Assembly (NCBI GenBank): GCA_964016885.1
Contig: OZ024749.1
Location: 806,001-870,000, forward strand
Reading direction: 5' to 3'
From: Eledone cirrhosa
Lineage: Eukaryota
DNA length: 64,000 nucleotides
Shown here: piece after piece, positions 52,615 to 62,321 of the stretch
How the letters are laid out: the number at the start of each line of letters is the position of its first letter
How positions within the stretch are numbered: the stretch's first letter is position 1
Notes under the pieces: generated by a model
The model's database searches: none
Seen by the model: only the letters and a program-made list of their open reading frames with translations
What the model was told of the DNA's origin: nothing
Program-made: the position numbers and the translations under genes

Positions 52615-52833
52615 CCCTTTAGCATTCACATTACTCTATATTTACTATTGTATTTTTGTCGTAAAGGCTTTATCACATAATTATCCCACATAATATCAAA
52701 TTTATGAGATTTTGGTATTATTTATTTTGAGAACAATAATTTAACATCAGTATGAGTAACCAGTTATGGCCAGTTTGAACAGAAAGAGGTGAGAGAATTC
52801 TGGCCGGATGTGGCTGGTTTAAATGCTAAAGGG
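52615..52833. mobile_element. piggyBac-type MITE upstream of serpin B only
   Basis: ATAA-CCCTTTAGCATT...AATGCTAAAGGG-TTAA; a single TTAA empty site is present in arm A (~37157). Confidence 0.88.
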
Positions 52834-54319
52834 TTAAGGATTTCAATAAAGTTGATAGATGGAAATTATTTTCAAATAATTTTGAAAATCAAGAATTTGG
52901 AGGGATTTAGTAATATAAACAATGTTTTCACTATTAAGTTAAGGTTTCCAAACAAAAGTTTGTTATATTCAATTCTGGTTGTATGAAACAAAACCCATTT
53001 TAATGGGTTCCAATTTAAATAAAAAATCTTCCAACATAATTTCATACAAGAACCATACGATAAGTTACAATATTAGTAATGAAATAAAAATAATTCTATT
53101 AAATCCTTCACAATTCTTCATTAATTAATTGAAATAGAGAGTATTTCATTAAAAATATGGTAAAAAAAAAAAAAGCGCTAATTAAATATATATTAATGAG
53201 GACATTAAAATTTCCACCAAAGATAGAGAAGAAAAACAAAAACCTGGTGGCAATTCTTACCCTCAGTACTCCACTCAGTTCATTAAAACATTTTAGAATC
53301 CTTGTTATATATATTTAGGAGATGGGTTTATTGAAGTTTGGGGCCATATGTGTTTTATTTGTTTCTTAATTCTAGATGAAGCTGTAGGGGGCCATCCAGA
53401 GTGTCTTGGGCAGTTTTAACCCTGGCAAAGTCTATCTCTCTCAATGTTAGAACATGGTGGGATGGACAGGTTTTCACAGACCAAGACAGTACTTGCTCAT
53501 ATACTTATAATATATCCTCATCAACATGTTCTCTTTGCCAGCAAAGATTAGACAGGTCTACACAGACCAAGTCCAAGACTTGCTCACATACAAACTTCAT
53601 CAATGAAATAAGCTGTTCATGAAATTAATGTTTAAGTGGCTGAGCATCACATAGAAACGTGCACCCTTAAAGTAATTTTTATGGAGATTCAGCATAAATC
53701 ACAGATACAGTCCACCTGATGGGCTTCCAAACAGTTTCTGCCTACCCTATTTTACTCACAAGATATGGGTTTAACTGAGGCTAGAGTGAACAATTGTTGC
53801 CTTAGATGTGTATTACTTTCGTGGGACTCATTATGTGGATCTTGTCACCAACGCTAACATTAGAAAGAGACTGCATGTTTGGCTAACATGTAGTGCTGAG
53901 ATCTTCCCATGGAATAATACAGAGACTATGACTATTGATACCACTGGAAGGTGGGGTGCATTAGCAGAATTGTTAAAGTGTGAGACAAAATGTTTTGCAG
54001 TATTTAGTTATGGCCTTTTACATTTTGAGTTCAAATCCTGCTGAGATCGATTTTGTTTTTCATCCTTCAGGGGTCGATAAAATAAAATACCAGTCTTATA
54101 CTGGGGTATGAGACTAAGACACCTGAAACATCACTTGATTAACTTGTGACCGAGTTATTATTAAGGCAATTTTTTTTAGACCCTAAAAATGTTTATACCT
54201 TATATAGACCTAAAGATATAAACTTCAGTTAACTGAAGATCTTTATTATTCATAAAAAAAAACAGCATCAAGTGATAAAATCCAAACTATTTACATATTA
54301 TACACTGCTGTAATATAAC

Positions 54320-54505
54320 TGTTTCTACGTTAGGCACAAGGCCAGTAATTACCCAGTGCATTAGTGGTACTTTATTTTATCGACCCCGTAAGGATGAAAG
54401 GCAAAGTTAACCTTGGCGGGATTTGAACTCAGAATGGCAAGGGCCGTAACTCTATACGTCAAAGCATGGCGTCCGACCCTCTACCAATACTGCCAATCCA
54501 CCGCC
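54320..54505 (-). mobile_element. Full SINE with 16-bp TSD (ACTGCTGTAATATAAC)
   Basis: TSD at 54304-54319 and 54507-54522. Confidence 0.9.
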
Positions 54506-54624
54506 TACTGCTGTAATATAACATTTCACATTCTCGGGAGAAAGAAACTCTTAGTATTTTATGGAACATTGAAATACTATGCTCAACACTAGTTGGTGTA
54601 GGACACTTAAACAAGATATTGACA

Positions 54625-54910
54625 GTTTTCTATTTGGTACAACCCCACTTCAACAGAACTGTATCAACACCAATAGCTAGGACTTACTTTAAATTGTTAA
54701 ATAAACACTTTCCCACACAACATAGGTACTACACTTTATTTGATAGGAACACAATTAGACTTTCCTACTCTACTACACCCAACTTAGCTCAACACTACTA
54801 AAGTAAATAGGCCTACTACCTCTGAAACCCAAACCTGGACAGGAGCCTTGTGTAATTGCCATAATAACGAAGTGTGCCCACTTGAAAACAAATGCTTGAT
54901 GAATGACATC
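54625..54910 (+). mobile_element. Penelope-like fragment
   Basis: FKLLNKHFP...LFDRNTIRLSYSTTPNL...CNC...CPLENKCL. Confidence 0.7.
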
Positions 54911-54992
54911 GTAAAAAATATAATATGTATAAATAAATATTATATATTTTTTATTTTACTATATTTGTATATATGTATCATTTGATATTTAA

Positions 54993-56158
54993 TCCTCAAC
55001 CACCCGGCTTCTCAACACCAACAGCTGATCGACCTGTTCCCAGAGTCCTTCCCTTCCATCGCGGTCCTCCCCCGTCGGCTTGGTGCTCCTTAGGAGCCCC
55101 AATCACAGACCTGGCCTTCGAGTCAATCTTCCAATCAAAGATGGTTGGCCTTGAGCAGCTGCTGAGGAATATCGAAGTTATCGAACCCCATCAAAGTTTC
55201 TTTATACTCAGGAACTACTTGTCTATTCCTAAGCTTCTGTATCTGCTCAGGGTCAGCCTCTCTCACAGATTTCCGTCCCGCCTCCAACGCTTCGACGACC
55301 TAATCTTCGAGAGACTCGAGTGCCTGGTCAATGTTAGATTCTCTCCAGAGTCCCGCGATTTGGGGGTCTTTGTCTTCGTAAGTGTTCGTCACCCTCTCTC
55401 CCCTACTTCCTTTCCTCCACCCTCGTGAGCAGCATCCTCTCCTCTCCAGCATAGACTAGTTCCAACAGGGAGCTGGGTGAAGCTCTCCAGCAATGGAGTG
55501 AGTTGGGCTTGTCTCTTCCTGAGAAGGTGGAGGACAGTCGAAGTCAGAGAACTTGGGACAGCATAAGTTCGAAGGCCACTTTCGTCTCCCACTTCATCCA
55601 ATCAGATCAGTTTGCAAGGTGCCGCTTACTATCTGCCAGCACCAAATACTCAGGCGACTGGGTCGATGCCCTACTCGTGGCCTTCTGAGCCTGGATGAAC
55701 TTCGTGTCTCCATCACCCTCAGAGTGGGAGCTGACGTCTGAATGGTTTTGAGGTGCCGATGCGGCAAACTCCTTGACTCCACAGTCTTTCTAGCCGCCTG
55801 AATGCCGGCCGCTTTGCGCGTCACACGGAGCTAAACCTCATTCTGAAGAGAGCTTTGGCCCAGGCGAATATCCCCTCAGTCTTGGAACCATCTGGGTTGT
55901 CCAGAAGTAACGGCAAAAGACCTGACGGTCTTTCCCTGTGCCCCTGGTCGAGAGGCAGGTGCCTTGTCTGGGACATCACTGATAGCGACTCTTTTGCTTC
56001 TTCCCACATCCTGGATGCTGCAGTTAGGGCGAGAGCCACAGCTTCCACAGCCAAGCAGAGTAAGACCCTCAAATACTCTGATCTGTCAGCCAGCTACATT
56101 TTTCAGCCTGTGGCTTTCGATACGTTTGGGGGTGTCGGGGCGCTGACTGCGGGGTTCC
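54993..56158 (+). mobile_element. CRE-like non-LTR retrotransposon C-terminal relic (restriction-like endonuclease)
   Basis: LGAPI, PKLLYLLR, SGDW, H..LN.ILKRAL, EPSGLSR..GKRPDG...WDIT...KY...FQPVAFDTFG. Confidence 0.78.
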
Positions 56159-56159
56159 T

Positions 56160-56329
56160 GGCCATTTCCCAGAGGGGACCAGTGCCCTATTTTCCTTCCT
56201 ACATAATAGAACTTTAGTCTTGAACAAGTTAATTTTAAGGCCTTTTGATTCTAGGCCATGCTTCTATGTTTGGAATTTCTTCTCTAGTTCAGCCATTGAT
56301 TCAGCTATGAGCATTAGATCATCTGCGTA
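56160..56329 (-). mobile_element. RTE fragment paralogous to the 5' end of 29221-30562
   Basis: Shares the 5' junction and a premature TAG with the left-arm copy. Confidence 0.85.
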
Positions 56330-56819
56330 ATATATATATATAGTTTGTTTCTGAAGAAGACGGTATGATCGAACCCATATATGCTGTCTGATAGTATACA
56401 GTTCTCTAATACATCAATATGATCAACCCTCCGAAACGATCATAAAAGAATGAATGAAATATGTAAAATAAGTTGCCTTTATTATCATTGTTAAACTAAT
56501 ATGTAATTTATATATATATATATATAGTTATGTAATAAAGAACATAAGGCAATTATTCCATTTACCAGTGGTTTCTTAAAAGCAAAAAATTTTGCTTTCA
56601 ATCCTCAGAATGAAAAAACCCTGGTCTGTTTATTGAATTTGGATTTTAAAAACAAAAATGCAATCTATATGAAAGTGAGGCTGGAGAAAGAAGGAAAGGA
56701 AAAATAAAATAAAACCACACATGCGAACACACACACACGTGTATATAAATACACACATACATACATACATACGCACATAAATATCAACACATCCATACAT
56801 ACACATACATATATATAAC

Positions 56820-56865
<46 letters not shown>

Positions 56866-57137
56866 CATGCATACGCATACATACATACAATCATACCTAT
56901 ATACACACGTACATACATACACATACATAAATGCGTACATATGCATGTACAAAATTAGAAAAATATACACACCTCTACATATTCACACACGCAAATAAAT
57001 ATAAGAAAAAATATATATAAAAAATAAAATAATTATACAGTTGACAGCGATACATGCGACGAGTAGATGAACAGACACGCGTGGTAAGCAATACACACGA
57101 ATGCACGTACACATACGTACGAAAAAAGTAAATACAT

Positions 57138-57180
<43 letters not shown>

Positions 57181-57285
57181 AAAGTTGTAGGGATACAAGT
57201 AAATATTTTTATAACTGATATAAAGCACTCGAGAAATTTTTGGAGTAGATATACAATATTAATAAATGGAAACATTTATAAAACC

Positions 57286-57361
57286 ATATTTATTTCATTA
57301 TACATATTTCAGGGATACCACATTAAATTATGGTATGTCTTCATCAGACAAAATACAATAT
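57286..57361 (-). ncRNA. Type I hammerhead ribozyme candidate (mirror copy)
   Basis: Same motif in the left palindrome arm. Confidence 0.6.
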
Positions 57362-57609
57362 ATAACAGTTTTACAAATAGGTTTGACGTACCCTTTAAAA
57401 TACAACCATTACTTTTGGAGGCTGTCTGGATAGTGATTTGTTTATATAATAAGTCATAGTGTTAAGACGTCTTTTTTCTTTCTCTCCGTCTTTTTCTAAT
57501 AGTGCTTAACACTATGACTTATTATATAAACAAATCACTATCCAGACAGCCTCCAAAAGTAATGGTTGTATTTTAAAGGGTACGTCAAACCTATTTGTAA
57601 AACTGTTAT

Positions 57610-57685
57610 ATATTGTATTTTGTCTGATGAAGGCATACAATAATTTAATGTGGTATCCCTGAAATATGTATAATGAAATAAATAT
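57610..57685 (+). ncRNA. Type I hammerhead ribozyme candidate
   Basis: TATTTTGT-CTGATGA-hairpin II-GAAA, self-complementary ATATGTAT, then A and ATGAAATA closing stem I. Confidence 0.65.
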
Positions 57686-57728
57686 GGTTTTATAAATATA
57701 GTTTCCATTTATATATATATATATATAT

Positions 57729-57760
<32 letters not shown>

Positions 57761-57768
57761 ATATATAT

Positions 57769-57800
<32 letters not shown>

Positions 57801-57808
57801 ATATATAT

Positions 57809-57840
<32 letters not shown>

Positions 57841-58170
57841 ATATATTATATATATATATCATCATCATCATCATCATCACCGTTTTACGTCCGTTCTTCC
57901 ACGCTAGCATGGGTTAGACGGGTTGTCCTGTTGTGGGCAGTGTCTGGTCGGCTGACCATGCCTTGCTCATACAGGAACTGATCTGGCTTGATTTCTACAG
58001 CTGGATGCCCTTCCTAACACCAACCTCATTTACAGTGAGTGCTGGGTGCTTTTTCGTGGCGCCTACACGTCCACTTTACAGTGTGGGCTGGGTGCTTTTT
58101 TGCCGTGGCACCTCCACGACCACCTTGCGGTGGGGGGGGGGGGGGGGGGGGGGCATATTGTTTATATGCT

Positions 58171-61100
58171 TCAGCATGTACCCATGGGAGGTCGGGTACC
58201 CTGTATTACTGCGTGACGCCAGAAGTCACGGTCGTGTGTCATTGACTTTGAGAGGTGTAGTTGGGTAAGGTCGGCTTTTATCACCTCATCCCAAGTCATC
58301 TTGGGTCTCCCCACTCCGCGGTTTCCATCAACTTCTAGTGCTCTGCACCTTTTTATGCAGCTGTCATCCTTCATACGCATCACATGTCCATACCAGCGTA
58401 ACCGCCTCTCCTGCACGCAGCATTTGATTCCTCTTATGCTCAGTCTCTCTCTCAATTCATTTATGCTTTGTCGTTCACGTATATTACTGTTACACATCCA
58501 TCGGAGCATGCAGGCTTCGTTTCTCTCTAATCTACGTAAGTCTTCCACCTTCAGCGCCCAGGTCTCACTACCATGCAACATCGCTGTTCGGATACACGCA
58601 TCATACAGTCTGCCTTTCATTCTGAGGGAGAAGCCTTTTGCAGCTAGCAGTGGTAGTAGTTCCCTAAACTTCTTCCATCCCGTTCTTACCCTAGTTATTG
58701 TACTTTCTGAGCACCCACCTCCGTTGCTAATTCGGTCACCTAGGTAGCAGAAGCTGTCTACTGTTTCTACAGGGCCCTCCCAGAGATTGGTGGTACTTGT
58801 TTCCTGTGGCTGTTTGCTTGCTGTTTCAGCACAGCTGCTGCATGTGAATCCTACATTCTTAATTAAGCTTCCTGAGATCCCGCTACATCTCTTGTGTACC
58901 CATTGTTTGCATTTGGGGCAAAGAATGGAGTTCCTACCTACACCTTTCCTACATACTGAGCAAGGCCATTTCCCTGAGGGGATCTGGGTTCTGTTTTCTC
59001 GTCTACTTATAAGGACCTTAGTCTTTGTCATGTTGACTTTGAGGCCCTTTCTCTCTAGTCCCTGCTTCCAGGTTTGGAATTTATTCTCTAGTTCTACCAT
59101 AGATTCAGCTATGAGTGCGAGGTCATCAGCATACAGGAGTTCCCATGGGCATCCGGTCTTAAACTCCTCCGTTATTGCCTGCAGGACTATGATGAACAGG
59201 AGAGGGCTAAGAACAGAGCCCTGGTGGACCCCAACCTGTACGCTAAATTCCTCGCTATACTCATTGCCAATCCTAACTTTGCTGACTGCTCCCCTATACA
59301 TGGCTTGTACCGCTTTCACAAGCCATTCATCTACTCCTAGTTTTCTAAGAGCCCACCAGATTACTGCACGTGGAACTCTGTCAAAGGCTTTCTCAAGGTC
59401 GACAAATGCCAAGTAGAGTGGCTTACTTTTAGCTAGGTACTTTTCCTGTAATTGCCTCACAAGGAAGAGCGCATCAGTGGTGCCTTTCCCTGGAACAAAC
59501 CCAAATTGCATCTCGTCTATATTCACCCGGTCCCTAATCAGCTGTGCTATAACTCTTTCTGTTACTTTCATGACCTGGTCCATCAACTTTATACCTCTAT
59601 AGTTTCCTCTATCTAGTGCATCGCCTTTACCTTTGTAGCAGTTGACAATGATGCTACTGCACCAATCTTTTGGTATGGCCCCCTCTAGTATTACCTGGTT
59701 AACGATACGTGTGGTTATAGTGTGACCTACAGACCCAGATGCCTTCAGCATCTCGGCAGCTATACCCGATGGACCGGTTGCCTTCCCTATCTTCATATCT
59801 CTGATTGCCTTACTTACTACGCTGCCGCTGACTTGTACTGCTGGTCCCTCTATAGGGTCTACGTGGGGTAGGGTCTCTTCTTCCCATGCATTCTCCTCAT
59901 TTAGTAATCTATCATAATGACTCTTCCATGCATCTTTCTTCTCAGCACTTGTGAGGGCAAGCTCACCTTTATCATTCCGGATACACTTCTCTCCAATGAC
60001 ATCACAACTATCTCTGACACACTGCCTCGCAATCTTGAATACCTCCTGTTTCTGGTCCTCACGTTGTAAAACATGCTTGAATTTTCTATCCTCTGCTTCC
60101 CTCCTAGCTAAGTATACTTGTCGCCTAGCTTCCCTCTTGGTCTCTATGTAATGTACCCTGCTCCCCCCGTTCTTCCATTCTTTACATGCCTGTCTCTTGG
60201 CCTTGACTGCTTCATCTACCTTATTGTTCCACCACCAAGTCACTCTCCTCCTGCTTGAGGTCTTACTCCAGCCACAAACCTCATCCGTCGCCTCTAGTAA
60301 GTTATTTTTTAGGAACTCCCAGTTCTCTTCTACGTTAAATGTCTCTATCTGTTCTTCTTTACTGTCGTAGGCGTTGAGTAAAATATCTTTAAATCTGTTA
60401 CTGGTTGAGGGGACTTTCAGCTTCCAGATCTTTCTTCTCCAGGTTGGCCTCTGTTTCAGGGCTCGTCTAGTTCTGACCGTGAGGTCGCTGACAACTAAGC
60501 TATGTTGGGATGTACATTCCTCACTAGGGAAGGCTTTTGTGTTTACGACCGTCCATCTGTCACGTCCTCTGATGAGGATAAAATCTAACTGACTAGAGTG
60601 CTCCCCTGATCTATAGGTGATCAGGTGGTTGTCGGGTTTTTTAAAGTTTGTGTTACATATCGACATGTCATTGGCGTCGCAGAATTCTAGAAGTCTGAAT
60701 CCTTCCTCATTCCTTGTGCCAACTCCATGGCCTCCATTGAAGCCGTCGCAGTGTTTACCTACGTGTCCGTTAAAATCTCCTGCAATGATTAGGAAGTCCT
60801 TGTCGTCTGTTAGAGCAGTAGTGTGTATTAGGGACTCGTAAAACCTATCCTTAAGTTCGTCTGGCAGCCCCGATTGGGGTGCGTAAGCTGATATTATTGT
60901 GGTAATTGTCTTATTCAGGACTAGTCTGAGTTTAATGATTCTTGCATTTACCCTGTACACTGAGATTACTTTATCTACCCACTTGTCAGCTAATAGTATA
61001 CCTACACCACCCATCCCATCGTCATTTCCCACCCAGAAAAATTTGTAGCACTGGCTTTTTCCTACAAGGACTCTAGCAGACCCTCCTCTCCATCTAGTCT

Positions 61101-61281
61101 CTTGCACACAGCATACATCAACTTCCTTTCGCTCTAGCATTTCTACGATTTCTCCTGCTCTTCCTTTCATTGAGCCTACATTGATGGTACCAACTCGGAG
61201 TTTTGGGCATTTGTCGACACTCGTAGGGGAGGGTCTCTGGGTTGGCGCTTCACGTGGGTGCTTGGTAGCTCGCAGATTCAT
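58171..61281 (-). CDS. RTE LINE polyprotein: APE endonuclease + reverse transcriptase + PHD-type zinc finger
   Basis: APE motifs VQETRW, SAYAPQ, GDFNGHVG, QLDFIL. RT motifs QFGF, FVDLEKAFD, GVHQGSVLSP, LYADD, FCYLG. C4HC3 finger. No stops or frameshifts. Confidence 0.93.
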   Translation of the reverse strand: MNLRATKHPREAPTQRPSPTSVDKCPKLRVGTINVGSMKGRAGEIVEMLERKEVDVCCVQETRWRGGSARVLVGKSQCYKFFWVGNDDGMGGVGILLADKWVDKVISVYRVNARIIKLRLVLNKTITTIISAYAPQSGLPDELKDRFYESLIHTTALTDDKDFLIIAGDFNGHVGKHCDGFNGGHGVGTRNEEGFRLLEFCDANDMSICNTNFKKPDNHLITYRSGEHSSQLDFILIRGRDRWTVVNTKAFPSEECTSQHSLVVSDLTVRTRRALKQRPTWRRKIWKLKVPSTSNRFKDILLNAYDSKEEQIETFNVEENWEFLKNNLLEATDEVCGWSKTSSRRRVTWWWNNKVDEAVKAKRQACKEWKNGGSRVHYIETKREARRQVYLARREAEDRKFKHVLQREDQKQEVFKIARQCVRDSCDVIGEKCIRNDKGELALTSAEKKDAWKSHYDRLLNEENAWEEETLPHVDPIEGPAVQVSGSVVSKAIRDMKIGKATGPSGIAAEMLKASGSVGHTITTRIVNQVILEGAIPKDWCSSIIVNCYKGKGDALDRGNYRGIKLMDQVMKVTERVIAQLIRDRVNIDEMQFGFVPGKGTTDALFLVRQLQEKYLAKSKPLYLAFVDLEKAFDRVPRAVIWWALRKLGVDEWLVKAVQAMYRGAVSKVRIGNEYSEEFSVQVGVHQGSVLSPLLFIIVLQAITEEFKTGCPWELLYADDLALIAESMVELENKFQTWKQGLERKGLKVNMTKTKVLISRRENRTQIPSGKWPCSVCRKGVGRNSILCPKCKQWVHKRCSGISGSLIKNVGFTCSSCAETASKQPQETSTTNLWEGPVETVDSFCYLGDRISNGGGCSESTITRVRTGWKKFRELLPLLAAKGFSLRMKGRLYDACIRTAMLHGSETWALKVEDLRRLERNEACMLRWMCNSNIRERQSINELRERLSIRGIKCCVQERRLRWYGHVMRMKDDSCIKRCRALEVDGNRGVGRPKMTWDEVIKADLTQLHLSKSMTHDRDFWRHAVIQGTRPPMGTC

Positions 61282-61587
61282 ATTTCATCTATTGATTCAG
61301 AGTTGCTCGTGTATTCCCAGCTCATCCATCCCTAACGGTGGTAAAATTGAGGGCTAGAAGGACAGTGGTGGTGGGGTAATGGCAGGGTGTGTTGGGATGC
61401 GCCAGAGGAGGAGAGAGTTAGTTAGGCAGGTAGTAGCAGCAGCAGCAGTGGAAATGGCATGCTAGGTTTGATTGGTCGAATAGACTATGGTGGTGTGTGG
61501 GGGTGGGGGGGAGGGAAATTGTGAGGTAGGAACTGAGGGTCGCATGGTAAATATCCAAGTTAATACTACATCAGTAAAATTAACAAT

Positions 61588-61928
61588 AATAACGTCATGA
61601 AAAAAGCTACTAAGAGAAACCCTCGAAAATTTATCGCTAATACAGCAGGGAAAATTTAACGCTAATACAGCAGGGAACATCATAATATTAACGACATGAA
61701 AAAGCTACTAAGAGAAACCCTCGAAAATTTATCGCTAATACAGCAGGGAAAATTTAACGCTAATACAGCAGGGAACATCATAATATTAACGACATGAAAA
61801 AGCTACTAAGAGAAACCCTCGAAAATTTATCGCTAATACAGCAGGGAAAATTTAACGCTAATACAGCAGGGAACATCATAATATTAACGACATGAAAAAG
61901 CTACTAAGAGAAACCCTCGAAAATTTAT
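61588..61928. repeat. 98-bp tandem repeat (~3.4 copies) at the 5' end of the intact RTE
   Basis: GCTACTAAGAGAAACCCTCG recurs at 61606, 61704, 61802 and 61900. Confidence 0.92.
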
Positions 61929-61950
61929 ATATATATATATTATATATATA

Positions 61951-62007
<57 letters not shown>

Positions 62008-62009
<2 letters not shown>

Positions 62010-62321
62010 GGAGGCACATGGCTTAGTGGTTAGAGCATTGGCCTTGCAATCGAAAGGTTGTGAGTTCAATTCTCAGACTGGGTGATGTGTTGTTTCCTTG
62101 AGCAAGACACTTTATTTCACATTGCCCCAGTTTACTCAGCTGTAGAAATGAGATGATAGGGACTGGGGTCCATATCATTCCACTGCAAAAAAGCACCCAG
62201 CACTCACTGTAAATGCGGTTGGTGTTAGGAAGGGCATCCAGCTGTAGAAATCAAGCCAGAATCAGTTCCCGTCCCACCCTTGCAAGCAGGGAAAAGCGGA
62301 CGTAAAATGGAATGATGATGA
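62008..62321 (+). mobile_element. tRNA-headed SINE with RTE-derived 3' tail
   Basis: A box TGGCTTAGTGG and B box GAGTTCAATTC. The 3' part matches the 3' UTR of the intact RTE and ends in (GAT)n. Confidence 0.85.

Larger units (their letters stand above)
50813..52921 (-). repeat. Right inner (serpin) block of inverted duplication
   Basis: Reverse complement of 37070-39077, with a MITE insertion and lacking the SINE found in copy A's 3' flank. Confidence 0.93.
57262..57712. repeat. ~205-bp inverted repeat with 38-nt spacer
   Basis: 57262-57466 is the reverse complement of 57505-57712, with about 2 substitutions and a 3-nt indel. Confidence 0.93.
57859..61928 (-). mobile_element. Full-length, apparently intact RTE-clade LINE inserted in a (TA)n tract
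   Basis: Single 1036-aa ORF, (GAT)n 3' tail at 57859-57879, 98-bp tandem repeats at the 5' end, TA tracts on both sides. Confidence 0.92.

Noticed and set aside
54925-54992. Match to 31167-31238 as part of the inverted duplication
   Set aside because: Same orientation and internal to a dispersed hAT-type MITE.
56630-57275. Cys/Tyr/Val-rich ORFs
   Set aside because: They are translations of CA/TA microsatellites.
58301-60841. Plus-strand ORFs overlapping the RTE ORF
   Set aside because: Antisense shadows of the RT/APE coding frame with no recognisable domains.
62008-62082. Possible tRNA gene
   Set aside because: It is the tRNA-derived head of a SINE and continues into the SINE body and LINE tail.
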